Positions 1 through 8,856 of a DNA stretch of 64,000 nucleotides are shown in pieces; position 1 is the stretch's first letter; every line of letters starts with the position of its first letter. Under the pieces are notes generated by a model. The model had not been told where the DNA came from and did no database searches. It saw only the letters and a program-made list of their open reading frames with translations. The DNA lies in IMG/VR virus record IMGVR_UViG_3300005719_000012, positions 3,695-67,694 of that record. One strand, 5' to 3'. The position numbers and the translations under genes are program-made. The stretch is from a virus. Taxonomy: Duplodnaviria; Caudoviricetes.

Positions 1-2
1 CT

Positions 3-440
3 GTCGGTGTCAAGATGGGCCGTTCGCGTTTATCCGGCATGTTCTACGTCGTTGACGTCGTTCGCGTGCGCAAGGTGCTTGTAGATGATGTAATCCTGTC
101 CGCCGCGAAAATGGACGGTATCATGTGCAAGATCCGTGAAGGCTCCGGATCGGGCAAATCCACGATCAAGGCAAGGTCGATCATGCTTGCGGGGTATGAT
201 TACGAAGCGAGCCCCGAGACAGTAAAGGAAGGCGATAAAGTCAAGCGGTCTAATCCGTTTCGCGCACAATGCCAGAACGGGAATGTTAAGATCCTGCGCG
301 CGCCGTGGAATGACGTTTACCTATCCGTATTGTGTTCATTTCCGGTCGGCAAGTGCGACGACGACGTAGATGGAAGCAGCAACGCGTTTAATTGTTTGGT
401 CGTCGTGCAAATGAAGCCGGTTTATGAGATCTCGTGGTAG
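3..440 (+). CDS. terL: Terminase large subunit, C-terminal nuclease fragment (5'-truncated by window edge)
   Basis: Frame is open from base 3. Motifs GSGSGK, DKVKRSNPF..Q, GNVKILRAPWN and FPVGKCDDDVD are typical of the TerL RNase H-like C-terminus. Lies immediately upstream of the portal. Confidence 0.85.
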   Translation, partial: VGVKMGRSRLSGMFYVVDVVRVRKVLVDDVILSAAKMDGIMCKIREGSGSGKSTIKARSIMLAGYDYEASPETVKEGDKVKRSNPFRAQCQNGNVKILRAPWNDVYLSVLCSFPVGKCDDDVDGSSNAFNCLVVVQMKPVYEISW

Positions 441-1969
441 AGCTTATGTCCGAACTTGCGCAATCTGCCGAACCTACCTCGCCCGAGTCGCCGAGTCTTC
501 TCGCAGCAAAGCAAGCGCTTTTGTCTGTCGCGCGCTCGCTTCTCGTCCAGCGGCGCGAATTTGCACGCATGTTTGGCTTCGAGCAATTCGGCGGCAATCG
601 AGACTTGTTCAAGGTTCTCGGCTACCCTGAGACGTTATCTTTCACGCATTACAAGCAGAGATATGAGCGCGGGGGCATTGCTAAGCGTATCGTAAACGCC
701 GCACCCGAAGCCATGGGATGGTCTAAACTCGTAATTGTCGAGGAGGATGATCCCAAGAATAAGACACCTTTTGAGCTCGCTTGTGAGTCGCTATTCGCGC
801 GGCTTAATATTGGCTCGGTGTTGGAGCGTGCGGACATTCAGGCAGGAATTGGCGAATACTCAGTTATTTACATTGGCGTGAGGGAGAGGGGCACAAAGGG
901 GAATCCAAACATTCTGGCGAGTGAAATCTCGCGATTAAGCGGCCCGGACGACGTTGCTTATCTACGGCCGCTTTCGCAAGAATTTGCTACCGTCACCGAG
1001 TGGGTAGGTGACGCATCCGATGATGATGTTTCCGACCCGCGATACGGGCTGCCGAAGTTTTACGATATTCAACTGTCTGGCGCGCGGCGATCGATTACAG
1101 GGCGTGGCGGGCCGACTTCTGGCACGATTCGCAAGGTTCATCACTCGCGGATCATTCATGTAACGCATTCGCCGCTCGACAGCGAAGTGTTCTCGGCGCC
1201 GGAATTGCAAGCGGCATGGAATTACCTAGTTGATCTTGACAAATTAGTCGGTGGCGGAGCGGAAGCGACATGGAAGGAAGCAGTCAATCGTACGCTATTC
1301 GATCTTGACAAGGATATCGGCCCAGATGGTGGATCGATACTTTCGCAAGCGGCAATCGATCCCGAGAACGTCGAGTTATTCAACAAGGCGAAAGAGAAGT
1401 TAAAAGAGCAACTCGAAGAGCTTGAGAACAATCTACGTAAGTATATGCTGACGCGTGGGATAACACCGAAGACTATCCCAGGCAAGGTGGTCAATTTTAG
1501 AGAAAATGTAGAGGTATTGAAGTCGCTTATTGCTTCTACCTGTAATCACCCCCAACGTAATTTATTTGGATCGGAAATTGGCAAAGCATCTTCAATGCAA
1601 GATAGTGATAATTGGAATAACTTCAAGGCAGGCCGGCAAAATAAATTCGGTAACGTTGTTGCGCGTGAAATGTTCGATCGATTTATCAAGTACGGGGCGC
1701 TACCGACACCAAAACAGTATATGCCGAAATGGCCAGACGAAGAGGAATTAAACGAGCCGCAAAAAGCGTCAGTCGCGCAGACGTTGACGCTAGCTAATCG
1801 TAATCAATACGCGGCGGACAGAACTCTCGTATTTACCGCGGATGAGATTCGCGATCGTGTTTATCAAATGGAGCCGCTGCCGAAGCCGAAAGTAGTAGAT
1901 CCGGCGTTGCCTGTCACTGCTGATCCAATCGCGGCGCCTGAGATTGTGCCGTCTGTGGAGACTAACTAG
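434..1969 (+). CDS. Portal protein (DUF1073-type)
   Basis: 511 aa between terL and the head protease. YKQRYERGGIAKRIVNAAPE, YSVIYIG, RYGLPKFY, VHHSRIIH and NYLVDLDKLVGGGAEATW match this portal family. Confidence 0.85.
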   Translation: MVELMSELAQSAEPTSPESPSLLAAKQALLSVARSLLVQRREFARMFGFEQFGGNRDLFKVLGYPETLSFTHYKQRYERGGIAKRIVNAAPEAMGWSKLVIVEEDDPKNKTPFELACESLFARLNIGSVLERADIQAGIGEYSVIYIGVRERGTKGNPNILASEISRLSGPDDVAYLRPLSQEFATVTEWVGDASDDDVSDPRYGLPKFYDIQLSGARRSITGRGGPTSGTIRKVHHSRIIHVTHSPLDSEVFSAPELQAAWNYLVDLDKLVGGGAEATWKEAVNRTLFDLDKDIGPDGGSILSQAAIDPENVELFNKAKEKLKEQLEELENNLRKYMLTRGITPKTIPGKVVNFRENVEVLKSLIASTCNHPQRNLFGSEIGKASSMQDSDNWNNFKAGRQNKFGNVVAREMFDRFIKYGALPTPKQYMPKWPDEEELNEPQKASVAQTLTLANRNQYAADRTLVFTADEIRDRVYQMEPLPKPKVVDPALPVTADPIAAPEIVPSVETN

Positions 1970-4188
1970 TGGTGGTAAGTAAATTGCCTAAACCTGTCGA
2001 AAAATGCGCATGGCCTGGATGCCCTAATGACGCGCTGTGTCAATTAGGTAACTATGGCAATCGCCTCGTATGTTCGCTACATTTCGAGATCGTGAGCGGG
2101 CGCAAAGAGTCACTCCTTGCGCAAAGTAATCAACAGCTCAGGGTGCTCGAAAATCGCTATGTCGAGCTACGATCAATGGCAGATGGCTCACTGCTACGTA
2201 CCGCTACTTTTAACAACGTCGATCATATTGTAGTCCCGATTGTCACTGCGGTAGGTGACAACGTATGGTGGCCGGCGAATGCGCCCACGCCGGAATTTGT
2301 TCCTGCGAGTGTCCTAGCCGCGCATGCGTTTTCTCGCAACAACCGTCCTATCGTCATGGGGCATCCGAAGTCGGGCGGGGATTATGTTAGTGCGAACGAC
2401 CCGAAAATCATAGAAGAGTGTGGTTTTGGTCAAATGTTCGCGTCCCAGTTTGAAAACGGTAGGATTAAAGTTGAAGCATGGCTAGATCCGGCCAAAGCAG
2501 AAAAGGTAGGCTCTGACGCCGTGGCGGTGTGCGAGAGATTGCAGTCCGGCGAGCAAGTGGAAGTAAGCGAGGGAGATTACGTTGTCACGCGAATTGAAAA
2601 AGGAGAATTCGGCGGCAAGCCCTACGGCGCGGTATGGATATCTGCTGTGTCGGACCATCTCGCGATGCTCGCGGAAGGGGATGTCGGTGCGTGCAGTAAT
2701 GAGATGGGATGCGGAGGGCCGCGAGTCGCCGTGTTGCGCGCATCTGACGGAAAGGACGATAAATGGGCATTCGGTGTTCCTACTGCGGGAGCCACTATCT
2801 CGACTAGTGCTCTGCATACTGCTGCGTTATCGCAAGCCCGTCGTCCGTCATTTACTGGCACTGAGTCTGTTCGTTGGTCGAAACCCTCGTTCGCGGATTA
2901 CATCAAATATCTCGATAGTAGTAGCGAACCGCCCAAAACCGTTGCACAATGCTCGTCAGAGTTGAAAGAGAAAATTGCAGTGCACACATTGCTCGGTGAT
3001 CCTTCCGCGTCGTCGTTTGCGGATCTATCACTATTCCCTGTCGTCAATCCTGCGAACGACAAACTTAACGAGCGTGCGTTACGCGCAGTATTGTCGGGTC
3101 GCGGCTCCGCGAGCGTGTCGGATGTTGCTCTTGCTTCTGCGCAAGAAATCGCGAGGCGGCTACTTAATTCCGAATTCTCGGCTAGCATCGTAACATCTCA
3201 GGAGGGCAGGATTGTCATGGGACAAAGAAAAGACAGCCTTTTCAAGCGCATGCTGGCTTCTATTCGCGCGTCTATGTCTAATAACGATCTCCGCTGGCAG
3301 CTATACAAGGCCGTTAGCAAGCTTGAGCCGGGCGTCGAATATGTCGAGGACGAAGATGTTGATACTGGTATTTTCCGGTACGTTGTAATCGTGCGATATG
3401 GGGACTATTGGATGGATGATTCTGTTATCGAGTATCACTACTTCCAGCGGACTTTTACCATCGACGGTGATAACAATGTTACAGTGAATGACGACCGCGT
3501 CGAATACGTCTACGATGAAAACAGCGCATGGAAGCCCTTAAACGAGGTTTTTGCTGATACACCCGAGATGACCGCAAATTGCGAATGCAAGCACAAAGGA
3601 GATGACAACATGAAGCCGACCGTAAGCCAAGCACAGAAGGACCTTGTCAGCCGACTGATCACGTCGTCGGGTTCGCCTTTTGAGGAGTCGGATCGAAGCA
3701 CTTTGGAATCGATGTCTGAGGACAAGCTCGGGGCGCTGGCAGACGCATACAAGGAGGCTGAGAAAGTCGCGGAGAATCCGGCCGCGCCTATCGCTGAAGC
3801 GTCAACCGTTACGGCCTCTGCTGCCTCCCCCGCAGCCGGCCAGCGCGTCCTCACCGAAGCCGAATACCTCTCCCTTAAATCCGCCGCGGATGCATTCCAG
3901 CGGCAGCAGGAGCGCCACCGCGCGAATCTCGTTACGTCTCTCAAGGCAGCGTGCGGCAGCGCTTTCACGGAAGCCGACCTGAACGGGCTTGACACGCCCG
4001 TGCTCGAAAAATTGGCCGCCTCACACCATGTAGACATGCCCGCGACTGTTGATTTTTCCGTTCGCGGGATTCCGACTTCGGGATTGTCTCTGTCCGAAGC
4101 AGATAAGCTTAAAGCGCATAAGCCAAGCGATACGTGGGGGCTGGCGCTCGCTAAGAGGAACAAACAGCCGAATAACGTCGCGAATTGA
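1969..4188 (+). CDS. Prohead protease (DUF2213-like) / scaffold fusion
   Basis: PIVMGHP, EVSEG and DHLAML..G.GACS..MGCG are DUF2213-like. N-terminus is Cys/His-rich; C-terminus is an acidic, helical scaffold-like region. Confidence 0.75.
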   Translation: MVVSKLPKPVEKCAWPGCPNDALCQLGNYGNRLVCSLHFEIVSGRKESLLAQSNQQLRVLENRYVELRSMADGSLLRTATFNNVDHIVVPIVTAVGDNVWWPANAPTPEFVPASVLAAHAFSRNNRPIVMGHPKSGGDYVSANDPKIIEECGFGQMFASQFENGRIKVEAWLDPAKAEKVGSDAVAVCERLQSGEQVEVSEGDYVVTRIEKGEFGGKPYGAVWISAVSDHLAMLAEGDVGACSNEMGCGGPRVAVLRASDGKDDKWAFGVPTAGATISTSALHTAALSQARRPSFTGTESVRWSKPSFADYIKYLDSSSEPPKTVAQCSSELKEKIAVHTLLGDPSASSFADLSLFPVVNPANDKLNERALRAVLSGRGSASVSDVALASAQEIARRLLNSEFSASIVTSQEGRIVMGQRKDSLFKRMLASIRASMSNNDLRWQLYKAVSKLEPGVEYVEDEDVDTGIFRYVVIVRYGDYWMDDSVIEYHYFQRTFTIDGDNNVTVNDDRVEYVYDENSAWKPLNEVFADTPEMTANCECKHKGDDNMKPTVSQAQKDLVSRLITSSGSPFEESDRSTLESMSEDKLGALADAYKEAEKVAENPAAPIAEASTVTASAASPAAGQRVLTEAEYLSLKSAADAFQRQQERHRANLVTSLKAACGSAFTEADLNGLDTPVLEKLAASHHVDMPATVDFSVRGIPTSGLSLSEADKLKAHKPSDTWGLALAKRNKQPNNVAN

Positions 4189-4237
4189 TCCTGAAAAACG
4201 GGGCAAAAGATACGATACATAAAGGAGAGAAAAACCA

Positions 4238-4705
4238 ATGCCACTTACCAAGCTACCGCCCAATACGATCCTACTCTCGGGGCGCGCCAGAGCAACAATT
4301 ATTAACGATCTTCCAATCATCGATACTGGAGCGCTGCCCGGGCACTTTGTCGAGAAATTCGTATCCGACGGCGTGCTGGCCTTTCGCAAGGTTACATCCG
4401 CGACGGGAATGCAGTCAAAATATATCCTGCTGGAGGAGGACTATAAGAACAAGGCGCTAACTGAAGCCTACGTGTCAGGCTCGCCCGCGATGGTTGCCGT
4501 GCTGGAGCGCGGCATGACGGTGTGGGCGTTGCTTCCTTCAGGACAGGACATTACGGCTAGCGATTACCTGCAACAAAACGGTGACGGTAACCTCAAGGAA
4601 GCAACGGCTACTACTGCGGCCGCTAACGTCGCACACTATCAGGCGCTCGAAACTCTCGGCGCGATTACTACACTAACGCGCTGTCGCGTAGACGTGATTC
4701 AGTAA
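4238..4705 (+). CDS. Probable head decoration/stabilisation protein
   Basis: 155 aa between scaffold and capsid genes, strong RBS aaggag; synteny with T1-like head modules. Confidence 0.55.
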   Translation: MPLTKLPPNTILLSGRARATIINDLPIIDTGALPGHFVEKFVSDGVLAFRKVTSATGMQSKYILLEEDYKNKALTEAYVSGSPAMVAVLERGMTVWALLPSGQDITASDYLQQNGDGNLKEATATTAAANVAHYQALETLGAITTLTRCRVDVIQ

Positions 4706-4741
4706 AGTTAATCGACCGAGAATAGGAGAGGATGAACGAAA

Positions 4742-5764
4742 ATGGAACTACAAATCGCAACAAGCGCCTCGCAGCTTTCTATCCTTGCGGGCGTTCCTGG
4801 GCATATTTCTGATCCTGTTGCCTATATCCGGGCTAACAACCCGATGCCGTTGCACGCCGAAGAGATTATTGAAAGCGGGATCACAGAAGTTGCGCTTGAC
4901 GATCTCGTTCTTGTTGGCGATCTTTACGCCCGCGGTCTCGAAACGCCACTGCCAAACTGGTTAGGCCACATGGACATGAAGTGGCAGAAGCGATCGCGCG
5001 TAGGTAACCCTGTGGCGTCGCTAACACCTGAAGTCGGGCTCCGTCGTGAGGACGCCAAATTCGATCTCGCGCTTGATGGCCTGCCTGTATACTGCTGGTC
5101 TGCCGAGTTTTCTATTCATCCGAAACTCTGGGCGGAGTGGGAACTTGCGGTCTCGCGCGGGCTTACCGATACGATGCTCGACGTGTCGATCGTGCAGGAC
5201 TACATCCGGCGTATGAACGAGGCGATCGACTTAGCAGTGATCGAGGGCCCGCCGATTGCACCCAACGGTGTGCATATCGATGGACTAATCGACACGCCTA
5301 ACGTATCGCCCTTTGGCTCCGGTACGCTCTGGGACGCGTCAGGCAAGACCGGCGCGCAAATCTACGACGACATCGCCGCGGGGATCGACGTCATGCAGGC
5401 GCAGCATCACAACGGCAAGGTCGTTCTCTACGTGTCGAAAAAGTACAATCGCGTGCTGAATCGCGATTACGTCACGACGATGGCGAATACCAAGTCGATC
5501 CGCTCGCGTATTCTGGAAGACACCGACGTGCAAGATATCGTCATGGTGCCGACGCTATCCAAAGACACGGTACTACTGATCGAGCCGAAGAAAACCAATC
5601 TTGACGTTATCGTCGGACAAAGGCCGACTGTGTTTTCATGGCTTAGTGAGGGTCCGGTCGGACTTCAAGTGCGTCGGTTTATGGCCGTGGCTTGTGTGAT
5701 GTTGCGTATTCGTGAGGATTACGATGGGCAAAACGGCATAGTCAAGCTCGTGCCGACTGTTTAA
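4742..5764 (+). CDS. Major capsid protein (HK97 fold, Linocin/encapsulin-like branch)
   Basis: 340 aa; RRMNEAIDLAVIEG...GLIDTPN pattern; strong RBS; canonical position. Confidence 0.85.
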   Translation: MELQIATSASQLSILAGVPGHISDPVAYIRANNPMPLHAEEIIESGITEVALDDLVLVGDLYARGLETPLPNWLGHMDMKWQKRSRVGNPVASLTPEVGLRREDAKFDLALDGLPVYCWSAEFSIHPKLWAEWELAVSRGLTDTMLDVSIVQDYIRRMNEAIDLAVIEGPPIAPNGVHIDGLIDTPNVSPFGSGTLWDASGKTGAQIYDDIAAGIDVMQAQHHNGKVVLYVSKKYNRVLNRDYVTTMANTKSIRSRILEDTDVQDIVMVPTLSKDTVLLIEPKKTNLDVIVGQRPTVFSWLSEGPVGLQVRRFMAVACVMLRIREDYDGQNGIVKLVPTV

Positions 5765-5803
5765 GCCACAAAGGAGCTAACACAAAAGGAAGGAAGGAAA
5801 CGT

Positions 5804-6028
5804 ATGCCGACCTATAAAATCCTACGAGGGTTCTTCAACCTCGAAAAAGAAGACGGAGAACGCGAGATCAAGAAGCGGGGCGACACTATACGGCTGTCTG
5901 AAAAGCGCGCCGTGAAGTACGGAAATGCATTGGAGATCGTTGCAGAGGCGGGCGCTGAACTGGTAGCAGTTATGCCACGCGAGGAAGGAAAGGCAAAGGT
6001 CAGACCCGCAAAGGAGTCTCTGCGGTGA
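5804..6028 (+). CDS. Small head-associated hypothetical protein
   Basis: RBS aaggaaggaaa; 74 aa; KRGDTIRLSEKRA resembles small genes that follow capsid genes. Confidence 0.5.
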   Translation: MPTYKILRGFFNLEKEDGEREIKKRGDTIRLSEKRAVKYGNALEIVAEAGAELVAVMPREEGKAKVRPAKESLR

Positions 6029-6342
6029 TCGTTCGTGTTGTAAAGCAGCATCGCAACATCGGACGCGTCGAAACCGATTATCCGTGCTCAACAATGCGCA
6101 AGGTGTACTGGGACGACGGTATCGACGTGGTTTTGTACGACGTCGGCGGCGATCCGGCTAAGGAAATCAAAATCGAAATGCCAAGGGATGGTAAGCGCGT
6201 ATTCGTTATGAACGATCGTGGGGACACGACGGACTCGATTAGTTGGCCGATCGGCACGAAGGACAAAGACAGGGAAAAGGACAAAAAGAACGTAAGTGAA
6301 GAGCCCGAGAACGCAACGCCCGAGCTTCGTGTAATGGTTTAG
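6025..6342 (+). CDS. Hypothetical protein
   Basis: GTGA overlap with the upstream gene; 105 aa. Confidence 0.5.
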   Translation: MIVRVVKQHRNIGRVETDYPCSTMRKVYWDDGIDVVLYDVGGDPAKEIKIEMPRDGKRVFVMNDRGDTTDSISWPIGTKDKDREKDKKNVSEEPENATPELRVMV

Positions 6343-6345
6343 CTT

Positions 6346-6930
6346 ATGCCCGTCCCTGCACTAGTTTCAACTCCCGGCGCCGCGAACGCGAACACGTACG
6401 CGGATCTTGCATATTACAAGACGTTTATTGCGACGCGGCGGCCGAAACTCTCATGGGCGACGCTGGCGGCAGGATCGACGATTGACGACGACTTGACCGT
6501 TGATTTACTCGCGGCGGCGAAGTTGCTTGACTCGGGTTTCGTGTGGACGGGACAACCGGCGAACGCAACGCAAGCGCTTATTGCCCCGCGTATCGGCTGG
6601 CTAAATCGCAACGGTGTTCTTATCGATCTGTCTATCGTACCGGACGGCATGAAAGACGCGCAGTGCGAACTCGCGGCAACGTTGCACGATGGCGACGTGA
6701 TCACGGATGACGAAGCCGCGAAGGCGAATGTCCGAAGCGTCAAAGCGGACACGGTCGCGGTGGAGTTTCAGAGCGTTTCTGATTCACTGGAGGCAGTCAA
6801 CGCGGCTATGCGGCGGCGAGAATCGCAATTCACGTACTTGTCGATGCCGGCGAAAGTGCGCATGTATCTGGTACCGTCGTGGTACGTGCAGGCGGAGATG
6901 AGTAGAGATGCGATCTTCGAGGTGCTGTGA
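6346..6930 (+). CDS. Head-tail adaptor (DnaT-like family)
   Basis: N-terminus LVSTPGAANANTYADLAYY, QALIAPR, VPDGMKDAQCELA and SVKADTVAVEF are typical of this connector family. Confidence 0.7.
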   Translation: MPVPALVSTPGAANANTYADLAYYKTFIATRRPKLSWATLAAGSTIDDDLTVDLLAAAKLLDSGFVWTGQPANATQALIAPRIGWLNRNGVLIDLSIVPDGMKDAQCELAATLHDGDVITDDEAAKANVRSVKADTVAVEFQSVSDSLEAVNAAMRRRESQFTYLSMPAKVRMYLVPSWYVQAEMSRDAIFEVL

Positions 6931-6931
6931 T

Positions 6932-7048
6932 ATGAGGAGGCAAAAAGAAACACTTTACATCTCAATGTGGAAATGTGAGCGTTGTGGTGATCTCGTTTTT
7001 CTGGTTTCGGGTGTTGGACGCTATTGTCTCTCGGGATGCTGTGAATGA
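6932..7048 (+). CDS. 38-aa Cys-rich micro-ORF (MRRQKETLYISMWKCERCGDLVFLVSGVGRYCLSGCCE)
   Basis: Fills the gap exactly, with ATGA overlap into the next gene; CxxC...CxxxC possible zinc ribbon. Below the ORF-track cutoff. Confidence 0.4.
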   Translation: MRRQKETLYISMWKCERCGDLVFLVSGVGRYCLSGCCE

Positions 7049-7443
7049 GTTTTCCATTCTCCAGTCTCATTCGTCTTGGCGTGACTCTCGCCGATTCCTT
7101 CACTGAAGACGGCCAAGCGACGATTACGCACGAGGCATGGATCGGGCAAGACAGATTCGGCAAGCCGACATACGCGACCGCAACAAATCCGCGATGCGTT
7201 ATTAGTAACAAGTTGCGTACGATTGTCTCGACGTCGGGGCAGTTGATTACGACAGTGTCAACGTTGACGTTTACGACGTTGCCGGCCGCGAATGGCGCAC
7301 TTGGACGCCGTGAGCCGATAGACCCACGAGATCGGATAACTCTCCCGGATGGATTTTCAGGTCCGATCGTGTATAGCGGCGCGCCGATCGATCCGACAAC
7401 AGGCAAGGGATACATTCTGAGTGTTGCGCTGGGGGCGAGATAA
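7045..7443 (+). CDS. Head closure protein
   Basis: GQDRFGKPTY and DPRDRITLPDG motifs; position after the adaptor. Confidence 0.6.
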   Translation: MSFPFSSLIRLGVTLADSFTEDGQATITHEAWIGQDRFGKPTYATATNPRCVISNKLRTIVSTSGQLITTVSTLTFTTLPAANGALGRREPIDPRDRITLPDGFSGPIVYSGAPIDPTTGKGYILSVALGAR

Positions 7444-7447
7444 AAAC

Positions 7448-8050
7448 ATGCCGAGCACGGTTGACATATCTCGCGCGCTTGCTATCGACGGATGGATGTC
7501 CGAAGAAGAATTACTGTGGCTTGCGAGCGTCGCGAGTCAATCATTTCGGTGTGTTGAGATCGGTACATATCTAGGGCGTTCGGCTCGCGCTATTGCCGAT
7601 AGCCTACCTGCCCTAGATGGCCTGAGCGGATGTCTGTATTGCGTTGATCCGTACAAACTTTTTGACGATCCAGTTTTGGGTGGCAAATCGCAAGTCGAAC
7701 TGCAACAGATCCACGAACAGGCGCAAGACAATCTAGCGGATCTACGGCAGTGCTATCAACTTGTAATGCTCTGCGAAACGTCCGCGTCGGCAATTCGACA
7801 TTTTGCCGATTCTTCGCTTGATTTTGTTTTTATCGATGGTGAGCACACTTACGAAGCGGTAAAACAGGATATCTCTCTGTGGCTGCCGAAAGTCAGGCGC
7901 GGCGGCTTAATTGCCGGCCATGATTACGGTGTTTACCGTAGCGTTACAGACGCAGTTGATGAGGCGTTTTTAACAAGTCACATGGGAACCTCTGACAATG
8001 TAAAGATAGGGGCAGTCGGAAGTATATGGGCGGTTCGCATAGGCGCATAA
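7448..8050 (+). CDS. Class I SAM-dependent (O-)methyltransferase, Methyltransf_24-like
   Basis: VEIGTYLGRS and DFVFIDGEHTYEAVKQDISLWLPKVRRGGLIAGHDY. Start placed at ATG 7448. Confidence 0.9.
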   Translation: MPSTVDISRALAIDGWMSEEELLWLASVASQSFRCVEIGTYLGRSARAIADSLPALDGLSGCLYCVDPYKLFDDPVLGGKSQVELQQIHEQAQDNLADLRQCYQLVMLCETSASAIRHFADSSLDFVFIDGEHTYEAVKQDISLWLPKVRRGGLIAGHDYGVYRSVTDAVDEAFLTSHMGTSDNVKIGAVGSIWAVRIGA

Positions 8051-8066
8051 AGGAGGGACAAGCGAC

Positions 8067-8831
8067 ATGAAGATTACCGTGGCAATGATTACGATGGATC
8101 GCTCGTCTCGCGGCAAGGCAAATTATTTACCTATTACATTGGCGAACATGAAGCGCGCAGGTGTATTTCAGTCCCGACACTTGCACGCGCTTCATGTTTT
8201 CGATTCTGGATCGCCGGATGGATGGCTACGGGGGATAATCAATGAACAAGGCATCTCGGCTGAATGTCATTATCCTATTGCTGGGCCACGCCTTGCGTGC
8301 GAAAATTGCGGCACTGCTTTGGCTACCGCAGGGCTTACAGACTGTGATTATGTGTTGTTCTGCGAAGACGATTTGGACGTATCGGATGGGTTTCTAGATT
8401 CGGTCGCGGATTGGTTACACGATCACGGCGAGAACGGCAATCAATATCCGTTATTTGCGTTCGGTGCTGCATACGACCAGATTAATCAGAATTTTGCTCG
8501 CGGCGCAACTGCTTGGGTCTATCCCGTTCGCGCTTTCTACGGCACACAATGCTTTGCGTTACGCCCCGCCGATGCTGTTTCGCTAGGCTCATATGTCGAA
8601 AGTAATCCTTTGATCGGTGGGGTGCGAAATCCAAACGCTTATGACCTAATGTTCCATCTTTGGGCGGACATGAAATATCCGGGCTGCTCGTTTCTTGCTT
8701 CCGTGCCGTCTTTTGTCGAGCACATTGGGCGTGAATCGGGTTGTACAGGCAAAGACGAAACACATACATTCCCGTGGCGAGGCGCAGATTATCGATATCG
8801 TTCGCGCGGCCGGGCACTAATTGCAGCATGA
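8067..8831 (+). CDS. Glycosyltransferase, GT-A fold (GT2/GT25-like)
   Basis: KITVAMIT start, VFDSGS, DYVLFCEDD (DxD-type motif), PSFVEHIG. Confidence 0.7.
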   Translation: MKITVAMITMDRSSRGKANYLPITLANMKRAGVFQSRHLHALHVFDSGSPDGWLRGIINEQGISAECHYPIAGPRLACENCGTALATAGLTDCDYVLFCEDDLDVSDGFLDSVADWLHDHGENGNQYPLFAFGAAYDQINQNFARGATAWVYPVRAFYGTQCFALRPADAVSLGSYVESNPLIGGVRNPNAYDLMFHLWADMKYPGCSFLASVPSFVEHIGRESGCTGKDETHTFPWRGADYRYRSRGRALIAA

Positions 8832-8856
8832 AAAGAGAGAGGAGCAAGAAAAAAAC

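Noticed and set aside
434-1969. Possible anti-CBASS (Acb1) reading of the DUF1073-type protein
   Set aside because: Size, motifs and position between terL and the head protease indicate a portal. I see no 2H phosphoesterase HxT/S motif pair.
3510-4244. Long antisense ORFs (for example 3510-4244, 8482-9273, 6768-7415, 44245-44901, 50747-51286, and many within the tape measure gene)
   Set aside because: They are shadow frames of well-supported genes on the opposite strand, with no SD and no recognisable motifs.
4742-5764. Encapsulin/Linocin bacteriocin interpretation of the capsid gene
   Set aside because: It sits in a complete head morphogenesis operon with portal and protease, so it is the major capsid protein.
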